In this document: positions 59,836 to 64,000 of the stretch, piece by piece
How positions within the stretch are numbered: the first letter of the stretch is position 1
Layout of the letters: every line of letters starts with the position of its first letter
Source: an uncultured Gemmatimonadaceae bacterium
GTDB taxonomy: Bacteria; Gemmatimonadota; Gemmatimonadetes; Longimicrobiales; RSA9
NCBI GenBank assembly: GCA_964410055.1
Contig: CAYPGK010000002.1
Span: 1,642-65,641 of the forward strand
Direction of reading: 5' to 3'
DNA: 64,000 nt
The notes under the pieces: model-generated
What the model was told of the DNA's origin: nothing
Seen by the model: only the letters and a program-made list of their open reading frames with translations
Database searches by the model: none
Translations under genes and position numbers: made by a program

Positions 59836-60621
59836 TCAGGCGCGGACCGGCCCCGTCGTCGCGATCTCGGCAAAGCCGGCCGGATCGAGGCTCGCGCCGC
59901 CGACCAGGAGCCCGTCCACGTCCGATGCGGCAAGGAGCTCTCCCGCATTGGCCGGCTTGACGGAGCCGCCGTAGAGGATCGGGATGCGACGGGCCGTATC
60001 GTCTCCGACGCGCTCGGCGAGCCGCCGGCGCAGGATGGCGTGCGCGGCGGCCGCATCGTCCGGCGTCGCGTTCTTCCCGGTACCGATCGCCCAGACGGGC
60101 TCGTAGGCGACGACGATGCGGGCGATCTGCCCGGCGTCGAGCCCTTCGAGTGCGGCGTCGAGCTGGCCGAGGATGACGGCCTCGAGCCGGCCGGCTTCGC
60201 GCTGCTCGAGCGTCTCGCCGAGGCAGACGACCGGAATGAGGCCGCCGTCGAGCGCCGCGGCGGTCTTGCGGCGCACGTCCTCGTCGGACTCGCCGAAGAT
60301 GTGGCGGCGCTCCGAGTGTCCGATCAGCGCGTAGCGTGCGCCCGCGTCCCTGGCCATGGGGATCGAGGTCTCGCCGGTGAACGCACCCTGCGGCTCCCAG
60401 TGGATGTTCTGGACGCCGAGCCCGAGGTCGTCGCGGCCGGCGAGGGCATCGGCCGCCGCGGCGAGGGAGATCGCGGGCGGGAAGAAGATCACGGTCCGGT
60501 CGTCACGAGGCGCGTAGCGTGCCGTGAAGTCGCGGAAGAACTCCCGCGTCTCGGACGGCCCCTTGTGCATCTTCCAGTTCCCGGCGATCACCGGGGTACG
60601 CAGCGCGTTGTCCGCCATCAC
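59836..60621 (-). CDS. tpiA: Triosephosphate isomerase
   Basis: Contains IAGNWKMH, IGHSERR and AYEPVWAIGTGK. Confidence 0.95.
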   Translation of the reverse strand: MMADNALRTPVIAGNWKMHKGPSETREFFRDFTARYAPRDDRTVIFFPPAISLAAAADALAGRDDLGLGVQNIHWEPQGAFTGETSIPMARDAGARYALIGHSERRHIFGESDEDVRRKTAAALDGGLIPVVCLGETLEQREAGRLEAVILGQLDAALEGLDAGQIARIVVAYEPVWAIGTGKNATPDDAAAAHAILRRRLAERVGDDTARRIPILYGGSVKPANAGELLAASDVDGLLVGGASLDPAGFAEIATTGPVRA

Positions 60622-61832
60622 TCTCCTCCCTTCTGCTCCAGCGCGGCCACCCCGGGGAGCGTCTTCCCCTCGAGGAACTCGAGCGATGCGCCGCCGCCGG
60701 TCGATACGTGCGTCACGCGGTCGGCGACACCGGCGGCCTCGACGGCCGCGGCGGTGTCACCGCCTCCGATGATGGTCGTAGCGCCCCGGTCCGTCGCCTC
60801 GGCGACTGCGCGCGCGACGCCGTCGGTCCCGTGGCTGAACTCGGGGATCTCGAACATTCCCATCGGCCCGTTCCAGAGGATGGTGCGCGCGCCGCTCAGG
60901 TACTCGGCGAAGGTCGCGACGCTCTTGGGGCCGATGTCGAGGATCATCCCCTCAGGCGGCACCTGATCTCGGTCGAGGAGCCAGGTCCGGGCGCCGGGCT
61001 CCGCCTGGCCGGCGACCACGCAGTCGACGGGGAGCGCGAGCTTGTCCCCGGCGCGCTCGAGGAGATCGCGTGCGAGCTCGACGCGGTCCTCTTCCACGAG
61101 CGAGGTCCCGGTCTCGAGGCCGAGCGCGCGGAAGAAGGTGTTGGCCATGGCACCGCCGATCAGGAGCCGGTCGACGCGCGGGAGCAGGTTCTCGATGACG
61201 TCGATCTTGCCCGAGATCTTGGCGCCGCCGATGATCGCGACGAACGGCCGCTCGGGCGACTCGAGCGCCGAGGAGAGGAAGCGCAGCTCGCGCTCCATGA
61301 GGAGGCCGGCCACGGCCGGGCGGCGCTCCTGCTTCATGACGAGGGCGACGCCGCACGTGGATGCGTGCGCGCGGTGCGCCGCGCCGAACGCGTCGTTCAC
61401 GTATACGTCGCCGAGGGCGGCGAGCGCCTCGCCAAGCTCTTCCGAATTCGTCTCCTCGCCCGGCAGGAAGCGCACGTTCTCGAGGAGGAGGATCTCTCCG
61501 GGACGGAGCGCATCTGCGGCGCCGTGTGCCTCTGTCCCCACGACATCGGCAACGAAATGGACCGGCACCTCGACGAGCTCCGCCAGTCGTTCGGCCACGG
61601 GGCGGAGCGAGAACTCGGGCTTCCACTGCCCTTTCGGGCGGCCGAGGTGGGAGACGAGGATCACGCGTGCCTGCCTTGCGAGCAGGTATTTCAGCGTGGG
61701 GAGCGTCGCACGGATCCGGGTGTCGTCCGTGATGCGGCCGTCTTCGAGCGGCACGTTGTAGTCCACGCGTACGAGGACGCGCTTGCCCTGGAGGGCGGAA
61801 TCGGGAAGGTCCTGAAGCGTCCTGGTTTCCAT
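60618..61832 (-). CDS. pgk: Phosphoglycerate kinase
   Basis: The inner ATG (61830-61832) gives METRTLQDLPDSALQGKRVLVRVDYNVPL... Also present: SHLGRPKG, GGGDTAAAV and STGGGASLEFLEGK. Confidence 0.95.
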   Translation of the reverse strand: METRTLQDLPDSALQGKRVLVRVDYNVPLEDGRITDDTRIRATLPTLKYLLARQARVILVSHLGRPKGQWKPEFSLRPVAERLAELVEVPVHFVADVVGTEAHGAADALRPGEILLLENVRFLPGEETNSEELGEALAALGDVYVNDAFGAAHRAHASTCGVALVMKQERRPAVAGLLMERELRFLSSALESPERPFVAIIGGAKISGKIDVIENLLPRVDRLLIGGAMANTFFRALGLETGTSLVEEDRVELARDLLERAGDKLALPVDCVVAGQAEPGARTWLLDRDQVPPEGMILDIGPKSVATFAEYLSGARTILWNGPMGMFEIPEFSHGTDGVARAVAEATDRGATTIIGGGDTAAAVEAAGVADRVTHVSTGGGASLEFLEGKTLPGVAALEQKGGE

Positions 61833-61934
61833 GTTCGATCGTTCGGCGATGCGGCCCCACGGCCGCGCTCGTGTCGTGCGCCAGGGGTGCCGGCGCTGGG
61901 CGGCGCGTAACCTAGCGCCCGCCCGCCGCCGCAA

Positions 61935-62888
61935 TCAAGCCGGGTCGGCGGCAGTCCAGAAGAAGTCCACGAGTGCACCCGCGACGTCGCCCGGCGCCTC
62001 CCAGTTCGGCGAGTGTCCGGCGTCCTGCACCCAGTGGAGCGACGCATTGTCGATCCTGGCCACGGCGCGTTCTGCGTGGCGCGGTGGGAAGAACGCGTCG
62101 CGCCGGCCCCAGACGACCAGAGTCGGAGCGCGGAGCGCGGCGAGCTCGTCGTCGCCCAAGACCTCGCGCTGCCCACGTGGGCCGATGAAGAGGCGGAAGG
62201 CGCGGGACAGCAGCGCCGGGTCACCCGCCTGTGCGGACCGGTACAGGTATTCGAGGAGCGCCGGCTCGACGACGGGGTCGAGCGGCCGCCCCGCGGTCTG
62301 GACGCGGCGGAGCAGCCAGAGCGTGCCCCTGCGGCTGGGTCGGAGGAGGAACGGCCCGAGGAAAGGCAGCGCGGCCAGGCGAACGAGCGCCGGCAGCTCG
62401 GGCCCCAGCCCCGCCGAATCGATCAGCGCGAGGCGCAGCACGCCGTCCGGCCAGCGCTGGGCCAGCCGCAACGCGACGAGACCGCCGAAGGAGGTCCCGG
62501 CGAGGTGGAAGCGCTGGACGCCGAGCCTGCGCAGCCAGGCATCGACGATCGCGGCGATCTGTCCGCCCAGCCCGATTCGTGGCTCAACGGGCGTAGAGAG
62601 GCCGTACCCCGGCAGGTCGGGCGCAAGGACGTGGAAGCGTTGGGCGAGTCGGCCGAGGACGCCGAACCAGTTGGCCGCGCCGCCGCCCGCGCCGTGGAGC
62701 AGGACGACCGTGGGCCCGCGTCCCATTTCGAGGTAATGGAGGCGCCCGCCCTCGACATCGGCCCACCTCCTCTCCGCCGCCACGTCGGCCGCGGAGAGGA
62801 GGTCAGCCATTGCGGCGCTGAGTGCGTAATCGGCGTCGCGTAGGCGCGTCGCCACGCGGCCCGCTGCGGTCGGGTGGTGCACCGTCAC
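61935..62888 (-). CDS. Alpha/beta-fold hydrolase
   Basis: Contains VVLLHGAGGGAANW and the nucleophile elbow HLAGTSFGG, with a C-terminal DAGHSPNWE. The start is either 62888 or ATG 62810. Confidence 0.8.
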   Translation of the reverse strand: MTVHHPTAAGRVATRLRDADYALSAAMADLLSAADVAAERRWADVEGGRLHYLEMGRGPTVVLLHGAGGGAANWFGVLGRLAQRFHVLAPDLPGYGLSTPVEPRIGLGGQIAAIVDAWLRRLGVQRFHLAGTSFGGLVALRLAQRWPDGVLRLALIDSAGLGPELPALVRLAALPFLGPFLLRPSRRGTLWLLRRVQTAGRPLDPVVEPALLEYLYRSAQAGDPALLSRAFRLFIGPRGQREVLGDDELAALRAPTLVVWGRRDAFFPPRHAERAVARIDNASLHWVQDAGHSPNWEAPGDVAGALVDFFWTAADPA

Positions 62889-62903
62889 GACCCGCCCCGT
62901 GGC

Positions 62904-63104
62904 TCAGAACCGGGCGTGCGTCTCCGCGACCTGGACGGTGAGACGGACGGAATCCAGCCCGCGGAGCGATACGTCCAGCGGCGTTTCGCAGTTGCTGCAG
63001 ATGACCCGGACGCGGCCCAGGCGGGAGCCGACCACCGCGATGTCGCGGCGGCCGCAGACCGGACAGCGGTAGGTGCCGTGGTGTTGTTCATTCGCATGAG
63101 CCAT
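62904..63104 (-). CDS. Small zinc-ribbon-like protein (66 aa), hypothetical
   Basis: MAHANEQHHGTYRCPVCGRRDIAVVGSRLGRVRVICSNCETPLDV... has two CxxC pairs. The codon pattern is good NNC/NNG, and a GGTGGTGAG SD-like element lies upstream. Confidence 0.5.
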   Translation of the reverse strand: MAHANEQHHGTYRCPVCGRRDIAVVGSRLGRVRVICSNCETPLDVSLRGLDSVRLTVQVAETHARF

Positions 63105-63165
63105 GGCTCACCACCGGCGCCGCAAGAGAATCTGAACGCGTTCATGAGGCGAGTTGCGTGCCAGG

Positions 63166-63194
63166 CCACGCACACGGCCCCCGGTGGCTGAGCC
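63166..63194 (-). terminator. Very strong hairpin just downstream of gap
   Basis: 13-bp perfect stem GGCCCCCGGTGGC/GCCACCGGGGGCC with a 3-nt loop. A second 6-bp hairpin lies at 63202-63217. Neither has a T-tract. Confidence 0.45.
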
Positions 63195-63243
63195 ACCGGG
63201 GGCCGCATCCTCGGCAGGTGTCTGCCGTGCACGGCGCGAACGA

Positions 63244-64000
<757 letters not shown>

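Overview
This window is a very GC-rich, gene-dense stretch of core chromosome from a diderm, LPS-producing bacterium. I support about 66 protein-coding genes. All but three lie on the minus strand, in long co-directional operons with many 1-11 nt start/stop overlaps (ATGA, GTGA).

Gene order, reading the minus strand from right to left:
- gap (5' end off-window), a small zinc-ribbon ORF, an alpha/beta hydrolase, pgk, tpiA, secG
- a 2-oxoacid dehydrogenase operon (E1alpha, E1beta, E2) plus lipB
- carA, sppA, an HU/IHF-type protein
- moaD-moaE-moaA
- mdh-sdhCDAB
- the complete 14-gene nuoA-N operon
- phosphomannomutase, a 913-aa UPF0182 membrane protein, carbamate kinase, sucCD
- a PTS-EIIA/CBS fusion, ndk
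- yceD-rpmF-plsX-fabH-fabD-fabG-acpP-fabF
- two MqnC/MqnE-type radical-SAM genes (futalosine route)
- ispF, dedA, a xerC/D-type recombinase, pabA/trpG, a beta-helix/OMP-like hypothetical
- a Kdo/Lpt cluster kdsB-pyrG-kdsA-kdsC-kdsD-lptC-lptA-lptB, with lptB running off the left edge

The plus-strand genes are dcd, rnhA and one weak small ORF.

I saw no rRNA, tRNA, CRISPR array, transposase, prophage or recognisable defence or toxin genes. The many long track ORFs that lie antisense or out of frame to these genes are high-GC artefacts.

Non-coding signals:
- nine sigma70-like TTGACA-N17/18-TAnnnT promoter candidates in the few AT-richer intergenic islands
- several strong hairpin terminators
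- a perfect 23-bp tandem duplication
- a CRP/FNR-like palindrome between nuoA and dcd

I did not find a convincing novel multi-gene system; this is housekeeping DNA. The items most worth a second look are:
- an RNase HI homolog with two non-canonical active-site residues
- a ~290-nt unexplained segment after secG that ends in a canonical minus-strand terminator and overlaps a weak plus-strand ORF
- a dedA gene whose only sensible start is an ATA codon behind a strong Shine-Dalgarno
- a 518-aa LptA-like protein
- a CX5CX2C radical-SAM motif in one Mqn paralog
- the EIIA-CBS fusion

The lineage cannot be assigned from the sequence alone.
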